Assembly: GCF_009914755.1 (NCBI RefSeq)
Contig: NC_060931.1
Direction: 5' to 3' (one strand)
Source: the human T2T-CHM13v2.0 reference genome, Homo sapiens
Length of the DNA: 64,000 nt
Below are positions 27,600-40,640 of this stretch, piece after piece. Positions within the stretch are counted from its first letter, which is position 1; every line of letters starts with the position of its first letter. Below the pieces are notes generated by a model. It made no database searches and was not told the DNA's origin. It saw only the letters and a list, made by a program, of their open reading frames with translations. The translations under genes were made by a program, and so were the position numbers.

Positions 27600-28520
27600 C
27601 CTCATCGCTGTTGAGGCTTGCTTCATGATTCTGAAACTCTGTTACTGGGCTTATATACATTGTTGGTTGTTATGTCTGTTATGTCTTCCTGGTAAACACA
27701 CCGTTTCATGATTATGAACATCCCTCATTGTCTCTGGTAACGCTCCGTCTTCAGGGATCTTATCTGATATTCACAAAGCCCCTCCAGCCTTCTTCCCACT
27801 GCTGTTTGCGTGGTTTGCCTTTTCCATCTTTTCTTTCAGCTTCTCTGCGTAGCACTGCGTCTTGCATTTTTATCCACTCTGAGTATCTCTGCCTTCTCTT
27901 TGGAAAGTGGAATCCAGTGCATATAATGTGATCTTCCTTATGGCTCAGGGTCTTCCATTCGGAGATTTGCTTTCTGTTTGTCCCTCAGTTTCATTGTTGT
28001 TGTTGCTGTTTTCTTCCTTTTTTGCCTTCTTTTGAGTTGACTGATTTTTTTACAATCCCATTTTTATTTACCTATTGGCTTTCTATTTATCGGCTTTTTA
28101 AGCTATGTTTTGTAATTTTTCTTTTATCATGTCAAAACATATATGACATAAAACTTCCCAAATGGTGAAAACCGTGGATAAACTGTATAATTCAGTAGCA
28201 CTGCATGCATTCACAATGTTGTGCAACCATCACCACCGTTTATTTCCAACACTTTTGTACCACCCCATCATAATCTATATCTTCTTTTGCACTTTTGTTT
28301 CAGTGGTTGCTTTAGTGATGGCAATGTACATCCTTAGCTTGCCCCAGCCTATTTAGTTAACACTGCTTCACTTCACATAAAGCCAAGAACTTTGCACCTA
28401 AAAAAGGTCCATCTACCACTGTCCCCCTTCCTAGTGGCCTATGTGTTACCTCCACATACATATAAGCCGCATGAAGTGTTATAGTTGTTATGTAAACAGC
28501 CATAGGGGTTCTAGATGAAT
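27600..28520 (-). mobile_element. Old L1M fragments
   Basis: T-rich antisense L1 motifs such as cattcacaatgttgtgcaaccatcaccacc. Confidence 0.5.
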
Positions 28521-29074
28521 TAAGCAGAGGCACGAGTATATAAGTCCGCACAGAGCCCTCCCCTGGGTTTGTGTTGCTGCCTCTCAGAGGGGCTTTCAGG
28601 CCCTACCCTTTGAGTCTTCCTAGCACTTTGCAGCTGAAGCCCTGGAAACCTCCGCCCAGGGTGCGGCTCTCACAGCACCCACGGCGAGCCCCACCCATGG
28701 CTCTCAGTCAAGAATGGTTGCAAAGGGCGGTCAGCTTCCCCATCACGCAGCATTTGGGAGGCTTGTCTCTGAACGTGATGTGGTTGATCCCAAGCTGGTT
28801 CTGAAGTTCATGTCCAGTAAGAGAAACATTTGAAACAGAGTATTATTTATAAAGCCAGGGAATGGTCTTACATTCTTGCAGTCAATACATTTTAATCTGA
28901 AGCCAGGGTGCACTAGCAAGGTACTACGGACCTCACTCTGATTCTAGAAGTTATTTCAGAAAATAAAAATCAGCAACTTGCCTGCACACAGAAAGATGAA
29001 ATGACCAGAGACAGCAGATTCATAAGCAAGCCCTTAGGAAAGCCAGCCGCAGTGTCACAGATGGGCGAGGGCAC

Positions 29075-30105
29075 ACTTCTCACTAAAGTCCTTCATTCAA
29101 CATCATTTAGTGATAAGGTAGTTATAACATGGATGAGAAAAAATAATTGATCCCCAGAGGGGCCACTGTCTGTGTGGAGCCTGCATGTCCTCCCCATGTG
29201 CTGTGGGTTTCCTCCAGGTACCCCGGGTTCCTCCCACATCCCAAAGCTGTGCACATGAGGCTCACTGGCACATCCCCATCTGAGTGAGTGTGAGTGTGAC
29301 TGTGCCCTGCCATGGGATGCCGTCCTCTCCAGGACGGTTGCCCGCCTTGGTCCTGAGCTGCCTGGATGGGCTCAGCCCCCTGCCACCCTGAACTGGAATA
29401 AGCAGGTTGGAAAATGAAAGGATACAAATTTTGTCAAATAAAAATTCGTAAAGCATACGGTATTCACACAGAGATGCAGGACAATACCAGATGCAGTAGG
29501 AAAGGCCCAGCGGGCTGAGAATTGGCTCTTGTTTGTTTTGAAACCACATGATAGGGGGAGGCACTTCAGAGCTTTGGCTTGGCCAACATTATTTTTGATT
29601 TAACGCAGCCCCTCCACGACCTGGTCACTCATAGATTCACCAGAAATTGGGTAATGATCTTACTTTTTTTTTTTTTACTTTAAATGTATATTCTCCAATT
29701 TAAAACTTAATTAAAAAGTAAACTTTAATGTCGAAAATGCAAACTTGGGGAGGGCAGAAAGATCACACACAAGGCTGTCACTTCACACTTGGAGGGTTGC
29801 ACAGCGGCTGGGCAGAGGCGCTCCTCGCATCCCAGACAATGCAGGGGCCGGGCAGAGGTGCTCCTCACTTCCCAGACAGGGCGATCTTACCTTCTTAAAT
29901 GCACGTAGAGCTCACATGTATTTCAGTGTTTCGTATTAGAAGTGTGCTTCTTTGGTGATGTTTTTGTGGCCAGAACTATACCATAGGAATGTAACTCTTG
30001 TTTATATCAATTAGCCTCCGGAGAAATTGATGTTTGATATGTGTCGTTTCACCTAAAGTCACAGTTTCCAAGAACCTATGGACAACCCCAAGTGAGGTCT
30101 TGCTG
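29075..30105 (+). mobile_element. MER6 (TcMar-Tigger) interrupted by an insertion at 29664-29882
   Basis: ggggccactgtctgtgtggag...ttcctcccacatcccaaag; end cagtttccaagaacctat...aagtgagg. Confidence 0.85.
29664..29882 (-). mobile_element. SVA2-like retroposon (2 VNTR units + 3' unique region + poly(A))
   Basis: SVA VNTR motif ggcagaggcgctcctc..cccagac twice; T-tract; GATCTTAC on both flanks. Confidence 0.75.
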
Positions 30106-31072
30106 TGTAGATGCGTGCACTGTGGAGTGAGTGTGGAGCTCCCAGCAGGGGACACTGGGCGCCCAGCAGGGCTGCCTGTGAGTCTGCATTACCTGAAACA
30201 AGAATTTGTATCTTTCCCAGAGACATGAGCTTTCTCCACTCTTATCTGCAGGGACGTGTGCAGGTCTGGGGAGAAGCCTGCGTTCACCTCAGGGTCTCCC
30301 CCACAGCGGGTGGCAGCCCTCCCCACCCCCAGCCCCATCTCTGGTGACGCCTGTCGAATTAATCACAGGAGCCACTTTCCTTTTCCTTGACACAGGTTCT
30401 CAGCACTGACTCAGTCTGATGGGGCTGTGAGACAAAGAATTTCCTCCACTTCTTACTCTGCTGCTCTAGTTTCCTCCACCCCACCCCAAGTTGCAGACTT
30501 TTATTTCATTATTTTATTTTATTTTCCGGTCTGGAGAAGCCTGTGACTCCATACCACCCATCCTAAGACACCGCATTCTCTCAGTAATCCTCTCTTTCTT
30601 GCACCTTCAAAACCTGTTTCTGCTGGTTCCTAAATTTCTGACTTTCGTTAACTTAAAGGAATTAGATGAAGGCTTCTTTTTTGAAGAGGCTTTTTGAAAT
30701 CTCCCTCCCCTGTGTAAGAGGCCAGTTAATTATTTTAACTCAGCCTATTTGGGAAGGAAAAAAAATGTGTTCCTCTTTTTTTTCAAAAGTGCCTACTACA
30801 ACATCATACTTACCAAAAACATGTAGTAATTGTTCAGCATTGTTGAGGATAACAAGCCTCTTTTGATAGCAGTTGGCTCCTCATTACATAAAAAAGACAA
30901 AGAGTGGTAAATTCAGCATCTTCAAGGAATATTTATCAAGTTCCATCGAAAGCAAAGCTCTCAAAGGTTAATGTATGCACGAATCACCAGACTACTGACA
31001 TTCGGTTCCGGTGCCAGGGTCTGAGTGGGGCCCCAGGTTCTGCCTTCTCAGTGACCCCACAGGGTGTGGACC

Positions 31073-31269
31073 TTCTCTGGCCAGAGGGTCACACCCACAG
31101 GGAGAGAACCATTAGGAGTTGGGGTGTGTGGGTGCCATGTGACTTCTCTGCAGGAACAGATGACCTCTACTTCTAAGCAAGAGGAGACAGCCTCCAGTGT
31201 AACCTGTTTTACCTGCAGCCAGGTGTCAGCCTCCAATGCGACTCACTCAGCAGCAGTGCAATGATAAAA
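31073..31269. repeat. 197-bp direct duplication, copy 1 (enclosed by inverted repeats)
   Basis: Matches 31848-32044 with 5 substitutions and no indels. Confidence 0.95.
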
Positions 31270-31847
31270 GGTCCACACGCTGGACCTCCATACCAGGACC
31301 ACATTTGGAGCAGCCCACAGGTAGGCTTCTGACGTCTGGCACACTAAACCATGCCCCCGTCCACTTTGGAGAACCCAGAATTTTCCAAGTGTTTCTTATG
31401 CTTGGATCCTTAGTTGTAGACTCGGTGTGGAATGGGATGACATTTCATCACCTCATTTGTCATAGCCATCGCTGTGATCTCAACACACAATACTAGTGAT
31501 AATAAAGTGTATCAACACAAAATTAGTTCAGCTTGCTTTTGTTACTCGCAGTTTTAAAGTAAGACAGTGCTATTAATAAACAGAATAGGTCACTTCATTG
31601 AGGCTAGATTTAGCTTGCTTTCACTGTGTATTAAATTTTGCTAAATAACAGTTGAATCTGGCTAATGAAGTTCTTCTTTCTTTTTTGCACTAAGTAAAAT
31701 CTTTGAAATTGTTAACTTAGTAGTTTAATTAAGTATTGGAGTAATTTCCTCCTCAGATACGAGAGTGTTGGGTGTAAACATGTCTACACGTTAAGGGTTA
31801 AGAAAAGAGACCAGGCTCACCCTTCCCCACGCACTGGGGCATTGTTG

Positions 31848-32044
31848 TTCTCTGGCCAGGGGGTCACACCCAAAGGGAGAGAACCATTAGGAGTTGGGGT
31901 GTGTGGGTGCCATGTGACTTCTCTGCAGGAACAGATGACCTCTACTTCTAAGCAAGAGGAGACAGCCTCCAGTGTAACCTGTTTTACCTGCAGCCAGGTG
32001 TCAGCCTCCAATGCGACCCATTCAGCAGCAGAGCAATGATAAAA
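31848..32044. repeat. 197-bp direct duplication, copy 2
   Basis: Offset of 775 bp from copy 1. Confidence 0.95.
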
Positions 32045-32760
32045 CTTCACATAATAAACCTTAACCAAACTTACTGCTGTTAACCTACCTGCCATTCTTT
32101 GCTTCTGGATCGCAATGGCCTGGGGTGAGGAGGGGTTGTCATTTTGTTCTGATTTGCCGAATTCTCTCAGCTCTGTCGTACACACAGTTCCTTAGTTATA
32201 TACATATAGAATGTTCTAGTAAGAGTAACACACTAAGGAAAAAAACTGCTATTGAATACTTAAAAGTACAGTTTAAGGGTTTCTTGTTAAAGCACAGCTT
32301 AAGATGTTTTAGGCGAGCTCTGATTAAAAAGGGAAACAGGAAATCATTATGAATGGAAAGCAGAACAAGAGCCATTTGTCCCACAAGCAATGGATGAGGG
32401 GACTGGTGACGCCGAGCTGATGACTGATGGCACCCCGTGCCCACCGGAGGAAGTAGAAGAGCCTGTCCAGAGGCAGCACCCCCAGGGCATCTGATGCCAG
32501 CGGCAGAAGCCAGGCTGGAGGATCACACATGAGAAAGAATTTCACCACACTTGGTTGACTGTGCAACCAGGTTATTTTATCAGAAGACAGTGCTGGAATT
32601 GATCCTAAGGAAAAAGAATAAAAGATGTGTACACACTTAGCACACATATTTGTTGCAGCTTTGTTTACGATACTGAAAAGTATGAAATGGTCTATTAATG
32701 CCCAACAATATTAGATAGGTAACTAATCTGTCACACACACACACACACACCCTTATGTAG

Positions 32761-33144
<384 letters not shown>

Positions 33145-33631
33145 TAGGCTAAGGAACAGGATACAAAATAATCTGTATAGTATATGGTTCTACATATCAA
33201 AACTGGTACATAAATTTACATGTATAATTATGTCACAAAAGAACCTGGTAGTGTATATGCCACAATGCTAACTATGACCAGCCCTGAGTTTGGGGAGTAT
33301 AGGTGAGTTCTATTTTCTTGTTTTTACTTCTCTGTGTTTTCTGGCTTTTCTGCATGAATTACTTATGTCACTAAAAACAAACAAGCTTTTTAAGGCAACC
33401 TTCCAGGGCATTTCCCACTTCTAACATATCTCAATTCTTTATTCACGCTTATGCAATGAAATTCCCATAGTATTTTTCACACTCTTAATAAACACATTCT
33501 CTAAATTAGGTGCACTCAACCCTAATCATATGCAGTCTCTAGAGTGTGGCTGAAACTCCTTGCTGTGGGCAAACCGTATGTCTTGCCTTGTAAATTAAAG
33601 AATGTGGTTTTCAAACAGTTGCTGGGGTTAG

Positions 33632-34079
<448 letters not shown>

Positions 34080-35299
34080 ATGGGCTTTTCTAATATTATT
34101 AAATGGCCCAGTGCCTCCGTGTCCAAGCTCCCAGGGAGCCCTGCCCTGGTGTAAGGCAACGGCCCCCCAGCGATCTTGGGTTAAGTGGGAGGAAGCCTGC
34201 ATGTCCGCAGCAGCCTCCACGTCCTTAGCCCCAGAGATGGCTTTCAGAGGCTTCCGTGTCATCCCTGGGAACCTGGACTGAGGACAGCCAGGCTTGCAGA
34301 GGGGTCAGTTCTTCCTGAAAGCAGCTTGCTGAGAGTGGGACAAGAAGTAGTGATAAGTCCTCCAGGTCCCAGCAGGAACCAGAAGTCCCCTGGACCCTCT
34401 AAGGAAAGACGCATTAATGAAAAGACTACTTGGAGAGGTGTGGCCAGGGTGAAGGAACAAACAAGGGCTGGTGAGGCAACCAAACACAGGAGACAGAGGA
34501 AGTCATTCCCTTCCCCAGGGCTGCAGACCAAGGAAGGAGCCAAGCGGACCCACCTTCCCATCCTCAGGGCTGCAGACTAAGTGGGAAGCTGGGAGGGTCC
34601 ACCTTGGGAGCAGCTATTGTCCAGGGATGGGGGCACAGCCACTGCTGCAGACAGAGGGCTGGGCAAGGAGGGAGCAGGACGGGCATCCAACCTCCCTCTC
34701 TCACCCTCTCAACCTGCTGTCACCACCTGCAGAGGTAGTGGGCCAGCAGGCAGCCTGGGGAGCCAGGCAGGACCCAGAAGGGCAGAGAATGGATCAGGAG
34801 ACTGAGAGCAAAGGGAGAGAGACCAGCACAGGGGATGAGACCTCTGGGGGACTCACCCTGGGAGAACTCAATCAAGGGACACATTGTTGGATCACCAGGT
34901 GACCCAGAAGAGATGAAGGAGATGAGAACAGAGAGAATTCTTGCAATGAAGCTCAGCTCTAGCAAACACTAACCTCCGGAGTGCAGACAGCATGACAGCA
35001 CACAGATGGAGGCCTGAGAGGGCAGGGAAGAGAGGCCAGAGAATATGCAGAGAAGAAGCTCAAGAAGGACAAAGAAGCCTAATGAAGGACCTGCTGCCTT
35101 GTGGATGCCGCTGGAGCTTCCAGCAGCTGAGAGCACAGAGCATTGCACCCAAAGACGATGCCCCTGCCCTCACCCCTCTGCTGTTCTGTCTCCTCTTCAT
35201 CGCTTTCGCACTCCAACCCCAGGGACTTATGGAACATAGGTCCCGGCAGGACCTAATGTCAAGGAAGAACCAGGCCGATGTCATTTCTGCCTCCTTCCG

Positions 35300-36600
35300 T
35301 ATTTTTTTTACTGTGGTAAGTCATATATAACATAAAACTTACCCTTTAATCATGTTCAAGTGCACAGTTCTGTGGCATTACGCACACTCGCATCGTTGTG
35401 CCATCGCCACCATCCATCTCCAGACCCTTTTCATCTTCTGAAAGGAAACTCTGTCCCCACCAAACACTCATGCCCCATCCCTCCCCCAGACTCCGGCACC
35501 CCCCACTCTCCTGTCCGCCTCTGTGATCTGACGACTCTGGGGACCTCATATGAGTGGAGGAGTCTTTGTCCTTTTGCGACTGGCTGATTTCACTCACCAT
35601 AACATCCTCCAGTTTCCTCCATCTCCTTCCTGTTTACAGCTGAGTGATATTCTATGGTATGGAAAGGCCCCATCTTGCTCACTCGCCCATTCACCCATCA
35701 GTGGACTTTGGGTTATCTCCACCCTTGGCTCTTGTGAATGTTGCTGTGAGGGGCACGGGGGTACCCGTATCTCTTCAAGGCCCTGCACTCAGTTTCTGTG
35801 TGCAAACACCCAGAAGTAGACTTGCTGGCTCACATGGTAGTTCTTTTCTTTCTTTTATTTCTTTTCAGAAACCCCCTGTGATGGTTGATACTGAGTGTCA
35901 ACTGGATTGGATTGAGGGATACAAAGTATTGATCCTGGGTGTGTCTCTGAGGGTGTTGCCAAAGGAGATGAACATTTGAGTCAGTGTGCTGGGAAAGGCA
36001 GATCCACCCTCAATCCGGATGGGCTCCATCTAATCAGCTGCCACGGCGGCTAGAATATAAAGCAGGCAGAAAAATGTGAAAACAGACACTGGCTTAGCCT
36101 CCCAGACTACATCTTTCTCCCGTGCTGGATGCTTCCTGCTCTTGAACATCAGACTCCAAGTTCTTCTGTTTTGGAACTGGGACTGGCTCTCCTTGCTCCT
36201 CAGCCTGCAGATGGCCTATTGTGGGACCCTGTGATTGTGTGAGTTAATACTTAATAAACTCCCCTTCATATATATGTATCTATTCCATTAGTTCTGTCCC
36301 TCTGGAGAACCCTGACTAATACACCGCCGTGCTGTTTTCTGGAGCAGCTGCATCATTTCACATTCTCACCAACAGCACACAAGGGTTCCAATCTCTCTAC
36401 GCCCTCATCAGTGCGTGTTCTTTTCTGGTTTTTGTTTTTACAATACCCATCCTAAAGGGTGTGAAGTGACGACCCACTGTGGTTTTGATTCGCATTTCCC
36501 TGCTGACTGGTGAAGCTAAGTGCCTTTCCATGTGCTTGTGGGCCACCTGCACTGTCTTCTTTGCTCTTTCCATGTTTTGTCCATGTTATTGTTGAAATCT
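35300..36600 (-). mobile_element. L1MB-like 3' fragment interrupted by an MLT2A LTR
   Basis: aagtgcacagttctgtggcatt...accatccatctccaga; resumes after 36323 with cacattctcaccaacagcacacaagggttcca. Confidence 0.75.
35877..36323 (+). mobile_element. MLT2A (MLT2A1-like, HERV-L) solo LTR
   Basis: TGTGATGGTT...CCCTGACTAATACA termini; TATAA and AATAAA present; TSD ccccc/ccgcc. Confidence 0.9.
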
Positions 36601-37050
36601 GCTGTGGCCCGGGCCCCCAAACACCCGGCTGCCTTCCTACTAGTGCCTGTTCCATGTCACCGTAGGTCTATGGTACACCCATTCCTCTTCCCCATCCTCT
36701 GGCTGTCCCCCTGCCCTGCCTACCCCTCCCCAGGGCCCATGGTGGAGCTTGATGGCAGCCTCATCCTCCAGACCCCAGCTGGAGCCTCTGCACCGCCTGT
36801 GCTGCTCTAAGGAATCACAGGCGCCTTCCCACCGTCTCCATCCCAGGCCGTCTTTATCCCTCTTCATCCCATCCCGTAGGGTCCTGTCCCCTGTCCCTCC
36901 ACCACACACAAGCCTGGCTGCAAAACAGGATGTGGCTTTTCCACATTTCCTCTTTCTTGCTAATCTTGAACAGGGGCACGAATAAAGATTTTTCTGCCAA
37001 TAACTACAGAGAAACTAACAAAAGATTTTAAAAACAACAGGCAAGGGGAA

Positions 37051-37230
37051 GTCACGAACACCGCACAGTCCTGCAAGCTTCTTAGAGTCCTTGTCGTCAC
37101 GAACACCGCACAGTCCTGCAAGCTTCTTAGAGTCCTTGTCGTCACGAACACCGCACGGTCCTGCAAGCTTCTTAGAGTCCTTGTCGTCACGAACACCGCA
37201 CGGTCCCGCAAGCTCCTTAGAGTCCTTGTC
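37051..37230. repeat. 45-bp minisatellite, 4 copies
   Basis: Units at 37051, 37096, 37141 and 37186: gtcacgaacaccgcac(a/g)gtcctgcaagcttcttagagtccttgtc. Confidence 0.97.
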
Positions 37231-39087
37231 GCCAGCCCAGGGCCCTTGGCTCACTTCTGAGGAGGTGAATGGAAGCCACGGTCTTCCCGCCTTTAGTTCT
37301 GCGAACAGGGTCCACTGACCCCACCCGTCTCCTGGGAGCTGCCAGGTGGAAGATGATCACCTGTTTCTTCCTCGAAAGCCCTGGGCCTGAAGAGCTATGC
37401 AGTGGGGACGGTGAGTTCTGCTCTCTCAGAGATGCTCCAGGTCGTGCGACTCAGCACAATGGTCATAGCCTCCCACCAGTGGGCACCTTTGTCTTGGGGT
37501 CTGTGGTAAGAGAAGCCACATGAGACCACCATATTCCACCTCTGAGCTCTCCAGCAAGGCCTCCTCCCATCCCACCAATGCAGGCCTCTGCCACACTGTG
37601 TCCTCCCTGCCCAGGGTCAGCAGTGGCCCTGGTCTCGGGCCATCCTGATCTCCAGTCTGTGGCTGGTCATCTTCCAGCACAAATACCAAGCGTGCGCTGC
37701 TCCTGAGTTCCAAAGACTTCCCATTGTCCCCAGCAGCACACCCCAGGGGCGCACAAAATGTTTCCAGGAAAATATTCAGCTTTGCTACTACTCAGCAGAC
37801 GGGGGGACCGTGGCACCCCCGGCCTCAGCCAGACCGTCCGCTGCACACCTGCATGGCACTGACTGAACATGACGTGTCCGATCAACACGGGGCCATGCCT
37901 CCGAGAACGCGACTGCAGCTCTCCCTGCACCTCTGTCCCATCTTCAGCTACAGAACCGGAGCTCCATACGCGGGCCTGGGGGTCATCTGAATGTAAACTT
38001 CACTTTAGAGTCACCATACTCTCATAATCTACACTGTTTTAATAAAATCTTAGTAATTCTCTGTAAGGAGATGACGAGTGACCATGGAAATATTTCATCT
38101 CGTGCAGGGTCTCATTGTTTATCTCATGGCAAAATATACTTTTTTAATGGTTGGATGTAAACATGAACTCAAACACGTTTTATTTATTAAGATACAACCT
38201 GAACCACAAAAACAAGGAGATCAAAGATGAAGTGGCTTAGACAGAAGTTTCAGTCTCTCTCCCCAGACTGTCTGGAGGTGAGTGGATGGCGCTTCATGAG
38301 GTTGCTGGGGACCCCTGTCTGCTGGGTCTCTTGCTCTGTTGTCCTGTTACGACACGCGGTGCATGGCATGGCACATGGTCGGCATGGTAGATGCTGGGTT
38401 GCTGCCACACCCACACTCCCTGCTGGAGGAAAAAACAGAGATCAAGAGGGAGTCCAGGGAAGCGCCTTCATCTTCAGAGAGTGACTGGGAGTTGCAAACA
38501 ACCCACCTGCCCACTGCCCACTGGCCCAAATTTAGGCTCATGGCCACACCAACCGCTGAGAAGTTCAGTCTAGCTGGTGCCCAGTCTTTAGCTGGTTCGG
38601 CTAAAATTCAAGAGGCTCTGTAATTAAATATCTATTTATAATATATCATGTAGTGCATATAAGATATGAGGACAGCTATATATATATATATGTAGTAAAT
38701 ACATTGATATATGTATTGGGGAGAACAAGGTAAACATCAGCCAACTGAAACAGATGATCAAAAAAGACTTAGCCACACCAGCTCCCGGGACAAAGGCTAA
38801 GCTGCTTAGCCTGTCCCCAGGCTTCAGCCCAGCTGACTTCTCCACTCTGTCTCCCACGTGCTCAGAATCCCCCGAGGGCCTCACGCCTCTGCGCAAGTTG
38901 TTCCTCTGCTGGAATGGCTTTGCTCCTTCTCTGGGTGACAAATTCATCTTTCGAGACTGAGCTCAAATGTCACATCTCCTGAGAGGCATTTTCTAATTGT
39001 CCCTCTTCTGTGTTTCCATAGCACCGCCTGTCTATGAATTTCTATGATAAAAATCACCAAAATGCATCGAAATGATGTTTTCATGTC

Positions 39088-39870
39088 TGTGGTAGGCAGA
39101 ATATCAGTCCGCTCCCAAAAGTCCACAGTCTAATCCCTGGAATTCGTGAATGTGTGATGTTACATGGTGAGGGGACTTTGCAAACTCGATTAAAGATCCT
39201 GGGATGAGGAGATTCTGCTGGTGTCTAAGCCCATGCGGGGAGCTCTAACAAAGTACCAGCGACTGGGCTTATAAACAGCAGATATTCATTTCTCACAGTG
39301 CCGGAGGCTGGAAGTCCAAGCTCAGGGCACTGGGAGACAGTGTCTGGCGAGGGCCACTTTCTAGTTCAGAGATGGCGCCTTCTCCTGCATCCTCACATGG
39401 TGAAGGGGCCAGGGAGCTCTCTGGGGCTCTCTCTTCAGGGCCCCGACCCCATTCACAATGGCTCCACCCTCATGACCTCAGCACCTCCCAAAGGCCCCAC
39501 CTCCTGGCACCATTGCCTTGGGGTGCGGCTTTCAACGTATGAATTTGGGAGGACACAGACACTCAGCTCATACTACCTGGGTTATTCAGGCAAGTCCCAC
39601 CTAACTCCAGGCCCTTCGAAGTGAGCAGGAGGCCAGAGTGATACCACGACAGGGCCATGAGCAGGGAAGGCAGGCAGCCTCTGGGTGCTGGGAAGGGCGA
39701 GGGAACAGACCCCCTGGAGTCTCCAGAAGGAACCCAGCCTGCCAGCACCTTGATCTTACTGCAGCGAAACCCAGTTCAGGCACCCAACCCCCAGAGCTCT
39801 GAGATGACACATGCGTGCTGTGCAGGGCCACCGTGTTTGTGGTCATTTGTCACAGCAGTGCCGGGAGCCT
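39088..39870 (+). mobile_element. MLT1D-like LTR with a nested antisense MLT1A-like LTR (about 39222-39575)
   Basis: tgtggtaggcagaat...ctaatccctggaa; inner ctgggcttataaacagcag...ggctggaagtccaag; outer LTR resumes afterwards. Confidence 0.65.
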
Positions 39871-40299
39871 CCTCCTAGGTCCTTCTCCCCCATTAGTTTG
39901 TGAGCAGCTCCAGGACCATGCAGCAAGAGCCCTTGTGTATCTCTAGCACAGTGCCTGGGGCACAGCAGGAACTCCAGGGGTGAGAGCAATGGGGGTGCGG
40001 GGAGCCCAGCTATGGACTCAGGGAGGCTGGATCTGAACCCCTGCTCTGCCCCTCAGCATTGTCACAGCTTTGAGCACATTGCTTGCTTCAGGACTCCATT
40101 TCTTCACGTTCTTCACCAGATAGAGAGAACACTCATCTTTCAGGTGCCGTGAAATTGAGTAACACAGATTATATGGTGTGTCTATATTTTGGGTGGTAGC
40201 CACCGACCGTGGGGCCAAGGCCTGACATGACCACACAGGTGGCAAGCCCCTGGCCCCTCCGCCCCTCACTCCTTCCTGCTCCATGCTCCACATCCCTCC

Positions 40300-40640
40300 C
40301 AGTCCCGGAGGACAGAAGGCTGAAAGCAAGGTGTTTCCGGGCCCTGCTCCCTGTGAGAGCCCTACGGGACAATCCTTCCTTACTCCTTCCGGCCTCTCGT
40401 GGCTCCCAGCAAACCATGGCGCATGTCCGCCTCCGTCCTCACACGGCTTCTCCTGCATGTCTGTCTCTGGGTCTCACCTCCTCTTCTTAGGAGGAAACAG
40501 TCATGTTGGATTTGGGCCCACCCTACTCCAGTGGGAACTCATCTTAACTCATTACATCTCCAAAGACTCGATTTCCAAATAAGGTCACATTCTGAGGTTC
40601 CCAGAAGGACATGAATTTGGGGGCACACCATCCCACCCAG
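40300..40640 (-). mobile_element. MLT1 LTR fragment
   Basis: ctcatcttaactcattacatct...atttccaaataaggtcacattctgagg. Confidence 0.7.

Noticed and set aside
31060-31282. Terminal-stem RNA such as a box C/D snoRNA
   Set aside because: No RUGAUGA or CUGA boxes next to the stem on either strand, and no evident host intron
37473-37486. CTCF-like motif CCACCAGTGGGCAC
   Set aside because: Mismatch at a core position; similar near-matches are expected by chance
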